DNA of 64,000 nucleotides, taken from positions 24,776-88,775 of the IMG/VR virus record IMGVR_UViG_3300033146_001182; one strand, 5' to 3'. This document shows, one piece after another, positions 27,138-37,506 of this stretch. Numbering within the stretch: position 1 is the first letter of the stretch; the number at the start of each line of letters is the position of its first letter. The stretch comes from a virus. Made by a program: the position numbers and the translations under genes. The notes under the pieces were generated by a model. That model was not told where the DNA came from, did no database searches, and saw only the letters and a list, made by a program, of their open reading frames with translations.

Positions 27138-27965
27138 TTAATCTATCTCCTGTAAATACTTATCTATTTGTTTCAATAAATTTCTAATATTCCCATCATT
27201 ATTATGATATATAATTTTTGCTTTATTATTATTAAAATTGTATATACCATCTGTTCTATATTGACCTACATTTTCACCCCAAGATAATACAGGAACATTT
27301 TGTAAATTAGCTATAACTGTCCAATGGGAACATGGAGTTATCACTGCCTTTGCATTAGTAATAGCTGTAATTGTCTTCTGATACCCTGTTTGTATGTAAT
27401 CTATATCTTGTAAAATCTCATTACTTTCAGGTAAATGACATTTCATATCACCAACAACAGCAAACTTACATGAACTATTAAGATAATCAAATATTAATAA
27501 AGCATCATCCTCTGTCATTGAAATATCAGGTATGAATACAACATATCCTCTTCTCTTTGAAATCGGAACTTTTATTGGTTCAAATACTTTATGATAAATT
27601 GAAATTGGTGATATATATTTTACATATGGTAATGATTGTTGATCTATATTCTTTTTGATACAATTCATCTGTAATGCTATCGTATCTTTATACTTTCTAA
27701 CGATACCCATAAAATCATGTTGATCTACATCTTTATGACTGTATCCTGATTGGTGAATCTCCTGACGAGTTAATTGTTTATAGACGGGCTTATATCTTCT
27801 ATTTGATACTTGAGGATACAAAAACTTCCTATTGAAATGAGATGAATAAAATACATGTTTAGTATCAGTATTTAATTCAATCCAACGCATATATGGTCGG
27901 AAGGTCAATATTTCTTGTTCAAATGATCCTATAAAAGGACCTAATGCCAATACATTTTTACTCAC
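27138..27965 (-). CDS. Glycosyltransferase-like (GT-B/GT9-like) protein
   Basis: C-terminal AITNAKAVITPCSHWTVIANLQNVPVLSWG resembles the GT9 nucleotide-binding end. Confidence 0.45.
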   Translation of the reverse strand: MSKNVLALGPFIGSFEQEILTFRPYMRWIELNTDTKHVFYSSHFNRKFLYPQVSNRRYKPVYKQLTRQEIHQSGYSHKDVDQHDFMGIVRKYKDTIALQMNCIKKNIDQQSLPYVKYISPISIYHKVFEPIKVPISKRRGYVVFIPDISMTEDDALLIFDYLNSSCKFAVVGDMKCHLPESNEILQDIDYIQTGYQKTITAITNAKAVITPCSHWTVIANLQNVPVLSWGENVGQYRTDGIYNFNNNKAKIIYHNNDGNIRNLLKQIDKYLQEID

Positions 27966-27978
27966 AGATTATTTCCTA

Positions 27979-28446
27979 TTATACAAGTATTAAATTTCCT
28001 GACCATTTATTAAAAGGTTCAGGATTTTCTTTATAATGTTTCTCTCCAACTATCATTACTTCGGTATTATATAATACATCTTCTAATGCAACTGAAAAAA
28101 CAAACGCCTTTTCTAATGGATTTAATACTGTAGTATCCAACAATACTTTATTATTTCTCTTAAAGAATGTTATCAATCTATCATCTACTGTATTTGATAT
28201 ATAATATTTTTTATTTGTATTCCTTAAAATACTGTTATAAAATCTTATGTTATTATCTATTACAAATCTATTAGTAAGATTAAATGTTTTCAATACATAT
28301 TCTACTTTTTCTACTGTAGGTTCTTTGAAATCTAATTTTATTATATGTATTCTTGGGATTGATGTAATTAATTCATTCGCCATATTTGACTCTGTAATAC
28401 ATACATAATCAATTCCCATTTTAGTAATTTTCATTTTTTCCTCCAT
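27979..28446 (-). CDS. Hypothetical protein
   Basis: ORF in operon. Confidence 0.6.
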   Translation of the reverse strand: MEEKMKITKMGIDYVCITESNMANELITSIPRIHIIKLDFKEPTVEKVEYVLKTFNLTNRFVIDNNIRFYNSILRNTNKKYYISNTVDDRLITFFKRNNKVLLDTTVLNPLEKAFVFSVALEDVLYNTEVMIVGEKHYKENPEPFNKWSGNLILV

Positions 28447-28468
28447 AACAAAACATCATATTATAGTA

Positions 28469-29500
28469 TTATTTATACTTTTTATAATGATTTTTTATCG
28501 TTATGGATGCCTTAAAGTGTTTTAACGAATTATCTACTATATAATCATATATATTAAGTTGTTTATTATTTACTTTTAATTCATTCAAATCTTTAATATT
28601 CTCTCTAGGCATAAAAAAATACTTTAATGTTTTGGCATACTTTGATTCTTCTATAATTTTTATGTAATTTTCACACCCTGATTTATCATATGATGGATTA
28701 TCCAATGCAATTATTATCTTCCTAGAAAAACATAGTATTTTTTCTAGGAAATCATCTGATATAGAAGCACCTAAACATGTTGTGCCTTGGTTGTTTTCTA
28801 CCATAAAAGCATCAATTAACCCTTCGGTGATTATAATATATTTTTCAGGATCAAAATACTCTTTATTTAATATAATACTTTCTTTTTGGACTACTGGATT
28901 AAGATATTTTGGTTCAATATAATCATTCATTGACCTACCTTGGAAATATACCATTATACCATTCTCATATACTGGTATAATAAATCTATTTTTATATTTT
29001 CCTGAATGACATACCATAATATTTCTTCTTAATGGTATTTGTCTATCAATATAAAATTTTTTCAAAGACTGGTGATATCTTCCCTGAATTTTTCCATCTG
29101 GTTTTTGGTCTAATGTTAAACAATCAGATAAATCAAGATCTAATACACCTTGTTCATCTTCTTCATCTTTATATTCTTTCTTCTTGTCAAGTCGTTCTTT
29201 TAATTTATCTTTATCATATTTTGTTTCATTAAGTGCTTTATTTGCCTCTTTCCATGAAACACCCATAACATGAGAATATAATGATTGTATGTTACCTGAT
29301 GGAGCAGGACAACCACCATTATAACAAGTATATATCCATTCATCATATTTTGGATAATAATCAACATGACATCTTCTTTTATTAGGATTTTTTTTAGAAT
29401 CACCGCAGACAGGACAACGTAATATATAACCATCACCACTACGTTTTACTTTATTACAATTTGAATATAAAAATTCTTCTATTAAGTATCGTTCTGACAT
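28469..29500 (-). CDS. 61: DNA primase (gp61-like)
   Basis: RCPVCGDS zinc finger, FQGR, KYLN, TEGLIDA, TOPRIM LDN, KDLNE. Confidence 0.93.
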   Translation of the reverse strand: MSERYLIEEFLYSNCNKVKRSGDGYILRCPVCGDSKKNPNKRRCHVDYYPKYDEWIYTCYNGGCPAPSGNIQSLYSHVMGVSWKEANKALNETKYDKDKLKERLDKKKEYKDEEDEQGVLDLDLSDCLTLDQKPDGKIQGRYHQSLKKFYIDRQIPLRRNIMVCHSGKYKNRFIIPVYENGIMVYFQGRSMNDYIEPKYLNPVVQKESIILNKEYFDPEKYIIITEGLIDAFMVENNQGTTCLGASISDDFLEKILCFSRKIIIALDNPSYDKSGCENYIKIIEESKYAKTLKYFFMPRENIKDLNELKVNNKQLNIYDYIVDNSLKHFKASITIKNHYKKYK

Positions 29501-29796
29501 AATTTATCTGAGTAATAAGCTAAAATATCCCCATGACATGGATTTGGTTTACAAAAACATACCAATATTTTATCATTCAATTCCTTTAATTTTTGTCTAT
29601 ATTCTTCATCAGTTTCTATACGTTCAACAACATAACTTCGGAATAATTCTAAGGTAGAACCTCTTTTTTTACCATTCAATTTAATAGGATTACCCCAATA
29701 TCCATCAAATCCTCTACCAGCCCGACCAATATAAACATATTTAGGATTATCTTCCCATCCAATTGGAGCATTTCTTATGTTTATAACTTCTGCCAT
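29482..29796 (-). CDS. DUF4326 protein
   Basis: VYIGR...WGNP...LVCFCKPNPCHGDIL. Confidence 0.88.
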   Translation of the reverse strand: MAEVINIRNAPIGWEDNPKYVYIGRAGRGFDGYWGNPIKLNGKKRGSTLELFRSYVVERIETDEEYRQKLKELNDKILVCFCKPNPCHGDILAYYSDKLCQNDT

Positions 29797-30014
29797 TATT
29801 CAAGATATCCTTCTTCTGTTATATCTGTATCAATTATAGTAACATCATCGTAATCAAATGTAAATAACAAGTGGGGAACATTATCATTTGCTTTGTTCAT
29901 TTCATTTTCCCATTCTTTTGCCATTTTTGTTGCATCAGATAAAGATAAAGCCACGAAACTTCGTAGCCATATCTGTTGATTCTTTATTTTATTTTTGAAT
30001 TGATATATTTTCAT
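29796..30014 (-). CDS. Hypothetical protein
   Basis: Coupled ORF. Confidence 0.55.
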   Translation of the reverse strand: MKIYQFKNKIKNQQIWLRSFVALSLSDATKMAKEWENEMNKANDNVPHLLFTFDYDDVTIIDTDITEEGYLE

Positions 30015-30202
30015 CTTTTAATAAATTCTACACAATCAAACTCTATTGATGTATATAACCTTGACTTCTTTACATCAACAGGACTGAACTTGTCATTTTC
30101 ACATTCTCTTATATTATTATGAACTATACAATAAACACAATCTTTACATAAATTAGTTGTGTTTAATTTACAATTATCTAATTGGATAAATTCTTGTATC
30201 AT
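30011..30202 (-). CDS. Small Cys-rich protein
   Basis: CKDCVYC motif. Confidence 0.55.
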   Translation of the reverse strand: MIQEFIQLDNCKLNTTNLCKDCVYCIVHNNIRECENDKFSPVDVKKSRLYTSIEFDCVEFIKR

Positions 30203-30452
30203 TCTTTAATTCATCCTTAATTCTTTTTGGAAATAAATCATAAAACTGTTGAATATCTTCATCTTCCACTACGCCAAACCAATCTCTCATAAACAAAACT
30301 ACCTCCGTGGGGGATACGTCTTCTTCCATTAACCCATCATAAATTTTAATAATTGCTCTTTTTAATGATTGTGACACAGCTTGTCGGGAAATATTTAGTT
30401 CTCGTGCAATTTCAGAACCCGTCTTGGCTTGAACATATTCAACATTTTTCAT
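30174..30452 (-). CDS. Sigma70 region-4-like HTH protein
   Basis: TGSEIARELNISRQAVSQSLKRAIIKI; own TTGACA-17-TATATT promoter (30511-30483). Confidence 0.8.
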   Translation of the reverse strand: MKNVEYVQAKTGSEIARELNISRQAVSQSLKRAIIKIYDGLMEEDVSPTEVVLFMRDWFGVVEDEDIQQFYDLFPKRIKDELKNDTRIYPIR

Positions 30453-30519
30453 ACATTTCTCCTTTGGTTAGATGTTTTTGTTAATATATCACAATATAAT
30501 TTCATTGTCAAATCTTTTT

Positions 30520-33150
30520 TTAACATTCAGAATAATCACACTCAGAACATTTTATACATCCTTCAATAAAAATCATCTTCTCATTACAAATTGGACATTT
30601 CTTACCATTTTCCATTGTATCTATATATTCCATCAATAGTTTCTTTAATCTATATACTAATGATGAAATAGGCAATTCTAAAATATCCAATGTCTTAACA
30701 ATTTTTTCAATTTGAACATTATGTCTCAATAATAAACTTATAGTACGAGCAATTTTATTAACATTATTTTGTCCTGTACATTTTTTGGCATTATCTTCAA
30801 TATGTTCTAAAGCAATACCTTCAACCTCTGCCAACTCATTAAGTGCTTCAATAGTTCCAAATGTAGTAATTTCTGGTTCACGATGATTAGTAGAAACAAA
30901 TAACGCAAATGGACGAGTCATTTGTTTATCCTTATACGACATAGATACATACCATTTTTTACCCTCAGATGCAATTTTACGACCTTTCATTGGGTATTCT
31001 GATGGTAGATCTACTTGATGTGGAATAACCTCACCCTTTTCATGTTCCTTCCATTCATTGAAAAACTCTTTTTGTTCTTTCTTGGCAGTTTTCTTAATAT
31101 CTTTCTTTTCCTTATTTGTTTCTAATACTGCCATCATTGTGCCTTCACGATATGTCGTTACGCCACGACCACCTTCACGCCACAATTTACGATATAATTG
31201 ATCAAAATCTTCTACAGGATAATCAGCAGGTAGATTGATAGTTTTACTAATACTATTATCCACATACTTACTCAACAAAATAAATGTATCTAAATGTTCT
31301 TGAGCACTCAAATCATTAGCACATGAAAATACTCCTCTCTCTTTATAATCATAATATACCTCTTCGGATAAATTATCAATGATTACTTTATAAGCATAAT
31401 CATAAACTTGTATTTTTTCTGTAAGTCCACGATTTTTATCAATCATGATCTTTCCACACTTAGAAACTAATACCTGATCGTCACCTCTCATTTGAAACTT
31501 GAAATCATCTGTCTCATACCATTCACCACGTTCCCATTCTGGATAATCCATAGTTTTAAGTATTCCTTTAGAACGATGATTAGCAATAACCCAACGGAAA
31601 TAATCAGTTTCATATACTGGTTCAATACCACCTGAAATACATCCAGCATAAATTGAAAGATTACCTGTCGGAGCAACTGTTAAGATTTGTGAGTTTCTTA
31701 ATCCATTTTTCTTAATCATTTCTAATGTTTCTTGTGTCAAAATACCAGAGTTTTTAATAAAACCTTGATTGAGACACTTTTCTTCATCATATAACATGAA
31801 TGAACCTTTTTGAGCTGCCAATAAAGATGATTGTTGATATGCAATATTAGCGAAAATACTCATCAATCGTTCAGTAAACTTTAATGCTTCTGGTGAACCA
31901 TATTTCATCCCCATCATCATTAATGTTGAACCATATCCAAAAATACCAGCACCAATTTTACGTCTTAATTTTGCGGCTGTCTCAAGTTCATCAAATGGAT
32001 AACCTGAAATATCAATAAGATTATCAAGTCCAATTACCAATAATTTAACATCATCAATAAATCTATCCCAATCAAACCCTTTATTATAGAGTTCACTTTC
32101 ATTTTCAAGATTATTAAAAACTTCAATATTAACATACATACAAAGATTCAATGATCCTAAATTACAAATATCACCTAAATGTTTGTAAAGAATACCATCT
32201 TTCTCAAATACCCCAGCATCAGCAAGCATAGAAATTTCACCACAAGGATTAGTTCCTGTTACTTTTTGGTAATGAATAACATTATTATAACGATTAGCAT
32301 TATCAATAAAATAAATACCAGGTTCATTTCGTTTGTGCATTGTTTCAATCAAGAAATCCCAAATCTCTTGAGCGGGTTTTGTATCATATACTACTTTAGG
32401 ATAACCTTTTGATTCCCATTCTTCAAAATCACCATTCCATTCATCATCATATTTTTCAAAATGGATATCAGGAAACCAAAAATCCCAATCTCCACCAGCT
32501 TCCAATGTTTCCATGAACACATCTGGTACAATAACAGACATATTAAACTTTGTTAACATATTAGGAACTGATTTTGCTTTAATGTAATTTATAATCTCAG
32601 GATGGTAGATACTCAACATTGCCATTTGAGCACCTTTACGAATTTTCTTTTTGGTCTTCATCTTTTTACGTTGTTTAACATCTTCTGATGAACCACGAGT
32701 AATAATCTCGGCAGATTTATCATAGATTTCCATAAATGCTACAACACCAGGAGTTCCAACACCAACACCTTTAATCAATGTACCTTTAGGACGGATATGA
32801 TTAAAATTATAACCAATACCACCCTCTGTCTTTAAGATTTCAGCAGCATTATGTAAGTCTGTGAAAATATTTTTAATTGAATCAACTGGCTTTGTAGCAC
32901 GTTGAGCGCCATAACAGTTAAAAGAATGAACATTTTTAATTCCTGTACCTGTATTAGCAGTAACCCGACCACCAAAAAACAATCTTCTACTCAATAATGA
33001 CTTAAACGCTTTAACTTTAATTTCTGTTGGTTCATCTTGGTATATTGTACCACTTAACCTTTCTTGGGTATGTTCGATAGTTTCATTATTATTCTCATAA
33101 TTATCCTCCCATACCATTTTTTGAAAATCATTTACAAAAAAATCTACCAT
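30520..33150 (-). CDS. nrdJ: Class II (adenosylcobalamin-dependent) ribonucleotide reductase
   Basis: FNCY, GGIGYNF..IRPKG, NPCGE, CNLGSLNL, APTG, ISKTIN, C-terminal CPIC...GCIKCSECDYSEC; no beta subunit adjacent. Confidence 0.9.
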   Translation of the reverse strand: MVDFFVNDFQKMVWEDNYENNNETIEHTQERLSGTIYQDEPTEIKVKAFKSLLSRRLFFGGRVTANTGTGIKNVHSFNCYGAQRATKPVDSIKNIFTDLHNAAEILKTEGGIGYNFNHIRPKGTLIKGVGVGTPGVVAFMEIYDKSAEIITRGSSEDVKQRKKMKTKKKIRKGAQMAMLSIYHPEIINYIKAKSVPNMLTKFNMSVIVPDVFMETLEAGGDWDFWFPDIHFEKYDDEWNGDFEEWESKGYPKVVYDTKPAQEIWDFLIETMHKRNEPGIYFIDNANRYNNVIHYQKVTGTNPCGEISMLADAGVFEKDGILYKHLGDICNLGSLNLCMYVNIEVFNNLENESELYNKGFDWDRFIDDVKLLVIGLDNLIDISGYPFDELETAAKLRRKIGAGIFGYGSTLMMMGMKYGSPEALKFTERLMSIFANIAYQQSSLLAAQKGSFMLYDEEKCLNQGFIKNSGILTQETLEMIKKNGLRNSQILTVAPTGNLSIYAGCISGGIEPVYETDYFRWVIANHRSKGILKTMDYPEWERGEWYETDDFKFQMRGDDQVLVSKCGKIMIDKNRGLTEKIQVYDYAYKVIIDNLSEEVYYDYKERGVFSCANDLSAQEHLDTFILLSKYVDNSISKTINLPADYPVEDFDQLYRKLWREGGRGVTTYREGTMMAVLETNKEKKDIKKTAKKEQKEFFNEWKEHEKGEVIPHQVDLPSEYPMKGRKIASEGKKWYVSMSYKDKQMTRPFALFVSTNHREPEITTFGTIEALNELAEVEGIALEHIEDNAKKCTGQNNVNKIARTISLLLRHNVQIEKIVKTLDILELPISSLVYRLKKLLMEYIDTMENGKKCPICNEKMIFIEGCIKCSECDYSEC

Positions 33151-33166
33151 TTACTTTTCCTCCGAA

Positions 33167-33706
33167 TTATCTTGTTCCTGTTGAATTATATGCACCTTCA
33201 CCACGTTCAGTTTTATCAAGTTCATTTACTTCAACAAAATTAGCTTTTAATACTGGACAAATCACTCCTTGAGCAATTCTTTCTCCACATTCAATTTCAA
33301 TTACTTCATTTGATATATTTTGACAAATTACTCCAACAACACCACGATATCCACTATCAACTGTTCCTGGGGAATTCGCAACAACAAATCCTCTTTTCAA
33401 TGGTGAACCTGATCTTGTTCGTACTTGTAATTCTGTTCCTTCTGGTACGGCAACTTTAATGCCACATGGGATAACAATAGTTTCTCCGATTCTAATTTGA
33501 TAACCACCTCTATCATTCGTTTCAGCCCTCAAATCAAACCCTGAATCACCTTGTTTTTCATAGGTAAGTTTCTTATTTTCTTCTCCACCACAATAATTCT
33601 CTGTATATACAATTTCTACAGGTATTTGTTCATTTTCATTATTAAATAAATCCCATATTTGACCTGCAATATCAGAAAACATATTAACATAACTTTCTTT
33701 ATTCAT
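33167..33706 (-). CDS. dut: Trimeric dUTPase
   Basis: SGFDL, RSG, NSPGTVDSGYRG, RIAQ, RGEGAYNSTG. Confidence 0.95.
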   Translation of the reverse strand: MNKESYVNMFSDIAGQIWDLFNNENEQIPVEIVYTENYCGGEENKKLTYEKQGDSGFDLRAETNDRGGYQIRIGETIVIPCGIKVAVPEGTELQVRTRSGSPLKRGFVVANSPGTVDSGYRGVVGVICQNISNEVIEIECGERIAQGVICPVLKANFVEVNELDKTERGEGAYNSTGTR

Positions 33707-33803
33707 AACACTTTACTCCTTTTAATAACATATTTGGTATAGATAATACAAAAATAAAGGGTGCTATTACACACCCTTTATTTCTTTTTGTGGGTAATTC
33801 TAT

Positions 33804-34046
33804 TTATCCAAAATATACATTACTCACAAAATTCTCGTAATCTGGTTGCCAGACTACATCTACAGTGTCACCAATCATTTGTTCAATACTTGCTGTGGTA
33901 TCCCACTTTTGTTGAGCATTGAATGCTTCTTGGAATGTTTCAAAGAGTTGTGGAAGTGATTGATTCCATTCTTTGTGAACGACTTTATAGACACCTTCAT
34001 AGTTTTTCATTTTTTTTCCTTTTACGTTAGGGGTTAAAAGATACAT
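33804..34046 (-). CDS. Hypothetical protein
   Basis: ORF downstream of TTTACA-17-TAATAT promoter (34077-34049). Confidence 0.55.
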   Translation of the reverse strand: MYLLTPNVKGKKMKNYEGVYKVVHKEWNQSLPQLFETFQEAFNAQQKWDTTASIEQMIGDTVDVVWQPDYENFVSNVYFG

Positions 34047-34077
34047 ACATATTAACCTATTAAGATTGATATGTAAA

Positions 34078-34974
34078 CTAGTATAATTCTAAAAGTTTAT
34101 TTTCCACATTTGTAAAATTTTCCATATACTCTGGCCATTTATATTTGTTAATAAACTTATAAATGTTATCTGGTGAAGGATAAACATAATTATCATATTC
34201 ACGATTAATTCTTCGTTTAATTTCTTCTGGTATACGACCCAAATCCATTAAATTACGATTAAACTCATATCGTTCTCGTAAATTATTTTCATCCAACCAT
34301 TTATCCAAACCAGTGGCAATAACTTTTTCATATGCCTTCTCACCAAATCCTGGTTTCTTCTTTCCATCAGGAAAATCTAAAGGTGTTTTAATATTGTAAA
34401 TATTGTCTTTAGTTTGACCCCGTAATGTTTGTTCAACTATAAACAATTCAGGATTAGGATGTTCTACTTCTGTTTTTTTCAAAGGATTATAAATTTTCAC
34501 TCTTGGTGAACATAATTGTAAAAAATCCTTATCTGTTGAAATGATATAAAAATCTTGTGGTTTTGTCAAGGCTAATACACCAATAATGTCATCACCCTCA
34601 GCATCTTCAACTTTGATTACCTTAAAAGGAAGGTTTTCTTTTAATTCTAACATAAAAGAATCATAAACATCAAAATACTCATCCCAATCTAAATCAATCT
34701 TTTCTCTACTAGATTTACGATTAGCTTTATATTTTGTCCAATATAATTTTCGCCATGAACGTCTTGAGTCCATAGCGAGAATTATTTCACCGACTTCACC
34801 TTGTTTATGTTTGAATAGAGATTTATAGATAGAATCAAATATTCTATATTTCATAATCTCGTAGTTTTTTTCTATAACATGTGTTTTATCTTTTGGGTCC
34901 ATTATCAAGATATCAGGACCGAAAAGATTTCTGATTGCTAGGTTATTAGCATCAAAACAAATTGTTTTTTTCAT
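34078..34974 (-). CDS. rnh: RNase H / 5'-3' flap exonuclease (T4 rnh-like)
   Basis: FDANN, SWRK...YKANR, EGDDIIG, STDKDFLQL, GQTKDNI. Confidence 0.92.
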   Translation of the reverse strand: MKKTICFDANNLAIRNLFGPDILIMDPKDKTHVIEKNYEIMKYRIFDSIYKSLFKHKQGEVGEIILAMDSRRSWRKLYWTKYKANRKSSREKIDLDWDEYFDVYDSFMLELKENLPFKVIKVEDAEGDDIIGVLALTKPQDFYIISTDKDFLQLCSPRVKIYNPLKKTEVEHPNPELFIVEQTLRGQTKDNIYNIKTPLDFPDGKKKPGFGEKAYEKVIATGLDKWLDENNLRERYEFNRNLMDLGRIPEEIKRRINREYDNYVYPSPDNIYKFINKYKWPEYMENFTNVENKLLELY

Positions 34975-35004
34975 GTAAATTCTCCAAAATTAGATTTATG
35001 GAAA

Positions 35005-35033
35005 ATTATACAATATACTACCCTATATGTAAA
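35005..35033 (-). promoter_or_regulatory. TTTACA-class promoter
   Basis: TTTACA-17-TATAAT. Confidence 0.8.
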
Positions 35034-35035
35034 CT

Positions 35036-35380
35036 CTATTTAACTCGTCTAATATATTTTTTACCATCATCATCAGTATGTCTAATGAAAAATGGTCTGT
35101 TATATTTTGTTTTTGACATATACTGTTGTGCATTTGAACCTGACTTAAAACGTAAACGTCTCCGTCCATCTTGCATATTCTGATAGAACTCACCTTGATC
35201 TACATCAAAACAAGGAAACTCATCTTTGCCCTGTTTGATTACATCATCCGCACGAACATCAGCAACATCTGTTTCAAATCCTGATTGTGAGTTATCTCCA
35301 CCATCAGCAACATCACTTGATCCCATTGTCACATTTTCAGGGGTATGTGTATCACCTGACCCTGTTAAAAATTCACCCAT
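35036..35380 (-). CDS. Hypothetical protein
   Basis: ORF in operon. Confidence 0.6.
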   Translation of the reverse strand: MGEFLTGSGDTHTPENVTMGSSDVADGGDNSQSGFETDVADVRADDVIKQGKDEFPCFDVDQGEFYQNMQDGRRRLRFKSGSNAQQYMSKTKYNRPFFIRHTDDDGKKYIRRVK

Positions 35381-35924
35381 TATTTCTTTCCTCCTTTTCT
35401 CTTATGCAATAATCTATTATTTTGTCTAACCGTTCTTCCGTGATAGGCATAGATGTTTTATATCTAACCTCTTTTACTTTTCTAAATATTCTTTTACATA
35501 AATCTCTATCAAAATCTGATTGTATTTCTTCACCTTCTTTAATACCAACCGTTCTTTTTGCAGCTTTACCTAACGATTTCAATGTTTTATCTAATACAGT
35601 ATTTCTTTCTTTCTTACCAATACGTTTCGTTGTCTTTTTTCCTGTATCAACATTTTTAGTAGTAACCGACCCTGTAATTTCAATACGAGCAGAAGGTCCG
35701 TCCTCAAATACCTTTTTAATCCGTTTATATTTAATTCTTGTAGTGGAATCCATTTCCATATACGTCTTAAATAGTTGTGATTTGAACCCACCACCTTTTT
35801 CCAATTTTGTTATGAATTCATCAAATCTTTTATTGTCAGTTAAAAGGTCTTCCCTCATAGCTTCCAATAAAAAAATCATAACAATATCAGCATATTCTTC
35901 TGGATCAACAAGTATTTGACTCAT
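35373..35924 (-). CDS. Hypothetical protein
   Basis: ORF in operon; N-terminus weakly resembles the 35921-36187 protein. Confidence 0.6.
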   Translation of the reverse strand: MSQILVDPEEYADIVMIFLLEAMREDLLTDNKRFDEFITKLEKGGGFKSQLFKTYMEMDSTTRIKYKRIKKVFEDGPSARIEITGSVTTKNVDTGKKTTKRIGKKERNTVLDKTLKSLGKAAKRTVGIKEGEEIQSDFDRDLCKRIFRKVKEVRYKTSMPITEERLDKIIDYCIREKEERNNG

Positions 35925-36187
35925 ATAATCAGTCTCACAGTATCATGTTTTTTTAATTGTTTATTCATTCTCTTAAATGATAATTTAGTTTTTGCTGGTT
36001 CTCTATAATAAACTGTTCTAAGATCACCCAAAGGTCTTTTTGCTATATGTCTAAGAAAATCATCAAACTCTTCTGTATATATAACCTCTTTATCTTCCAA
36101 TAATAATGCTTTATTTTCCTGTGTAATTTTAATCAAATACAACATTATTGTTTCGTGAAATTCGTCTCTTGTTAAATTAAGATTCAT
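35921..36187 (-). CDS. Hypothetical protein
   Basis: ATGA-coupled ORF. Confidence 0.6.
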   Translation of the reverse strand: MNLNLTRDEFHETIMLYLIKITQENKALLLEDKEVIYTEEFDDFLRHIAKRPLGDLRTVYYREPAKTKLSFKRMNKQLKKHDTVRLII

Positions 36188-36711
36188 AAACTTTTAATAT
36201 CCTCTGGTGAGATTGTATTCAAAAACTCTTCCATATCAAATAAATGACATATAGGTAATTCATATTGATTACCCCATGACATAGTAATTGATGGTATATG
36301 TTGTAATTTTTGTTTTAATACACCTTTTAGTTCAGAAATACCAATAAGTGCATTATATTGTTTTTTCTTATATATTAACATAGGCAACTTATCTGCCCTA
36401 TTTGCATCATTTACACATTGTTCCCAAAATAGTCTTATCTCGTCATTCTTTACACCTTTTAAGTGTTTATGAAAATTACTATTTGGATAACCATTCTTTG
36501 CTTCTATACTAAACTTATCTGTTAAAAATGCACCTTCTGGTCTAAATGCCATAATATCACCAGAAAGTTCTTTATTTTCTTCTGATATAGTAGCAATTGC
36601 TCCACTCCCAGGCATTCTCCACCAAACATAAGGTTTTTCTTTACCTGTCAACCATTTTGTAAGTGTTTTGGCAATTTCTCGTTCCCAATTACTTCCTTTC
36701 CCTGACTTCAT
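36184..36711 (-). CDS. Holliday junction resolvase (Hjc-like)
   Basis: KGSNWEREIAK, RMPGSGA, GDI, SIEAK, FWEQCVNDA. Confidence 0.85.
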   Translation of the reverse strand: MKSGKGSNWEREIAKTLTKWLTGKEKPYVWWRMPGSGAIATISEENKELSGDIMAFRPEGAFLTDKFSIEAKNGYPNSNFHKHLKGVKNDEIRLFWEQCVNDANRADKLPMLIYKKKQYNALIGISELKGVLKQKLQHIPSITMSWGNQYELPICHLFDMEEFLNTISPEDIKSL

Positions 36712-36845
36712 TATCATCATCCACAATAAACAAATTCTTTTCTTCTTCAAAAAAGTCTACTGATTTATTTTTTTCCTTCACGGATTTAGTTTCCCATTCA
36801 TATGTTCCTTGATATGTTCCTTGATTATTGGTTGTCCACCACATA

Positions 36846-37376
36846 TCACCGTTCAATTACACCTTCCACTGATTCCAAAATTATGATGGCATTTTCTTCA
36901 TCAAAACTTTCACCAGATTCATATAAAATATCATTTGCAATATCTTGTATTGTATAATTCTTATTAAAATGATCCTTAAATCCTTGAATGTTAACAGGAA
37001 TATATTTATCCTTTTCCTTTAATCCTCTTATACCTGTATTTAGAAGTTTATATGCCCAATCAAAAAGAATATCTTTAACTTTTTTAGTCATCTGTTTAAT
37101 ATTAACAGAATAACCTTTATTGTCATATCGTCTAACTCTAATCCACCCTTTATTTACAACATCTTTTATGATCTCTTCACGAGCTTTACCTTCAATACCA
37201 AGTGGTTCATTATACTTATCATAAATCTCTTTAATTTTATCTTCTGTATATCCAAACTTTTTGGGATTACTAATGATTAATTGAATATGATTAGTTCCTA
37301 CCTCAACAACTTCACCATATGGAGAAATCCAATATGCCTGTGAATTAGCTTCTTGTAGATATGTTTGATATTTCAT
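36846..37376 (-). CDS. Putative internal head protein
   Basis: Leader MKYQTYLQE; YWISPYG...H...GWIRVR; TATAAATA at 37466-37459. Confidence 0.6.
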   Translation of the reverse strand: MKYQTYLQEANSQAYWISPYGEVVEVGTNHIQLIISNPKKFGYTEDKIKEIYDKYNEPLGIEGKAREEIIKDVVNKGWIRVRRYDNKGYSVNIKQMTKKVKDILFDWAYKLLNTGIRGLKEKDKYIPVNIQGFKDHFNKNYTIQDIANDILYESGESFDEENAIIILESVEGVIER

Positions 37377-37443
37377 CTGTTCTCCTTATAGTAATAGGGT
37401 TTAACTAATATAATACATTATTAATATTGAAATGTAAATAAAA

Positions 37444-37481
37444 AATAAGGTTCATCAGTATTTATACCAATGAACCTTATT
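37444..37481 (-). terminator. Terminator after gp32 containing a late promoter
   Basis: AATAAGGTTCATT-GGTATAAATACT-GATGAACCTTATTTTTT. Confidence 0.75.
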
Positions 37482-37506
37482 AATTTATCTATCTAAAAGA
37501 AGACTA

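Noticed and set aside
36799-36824. Short tandem repeat TATGTTCCTTGA x2
   Set aside because: Only two copies inside a probable small ORF (QGTYQGTY); no further structure
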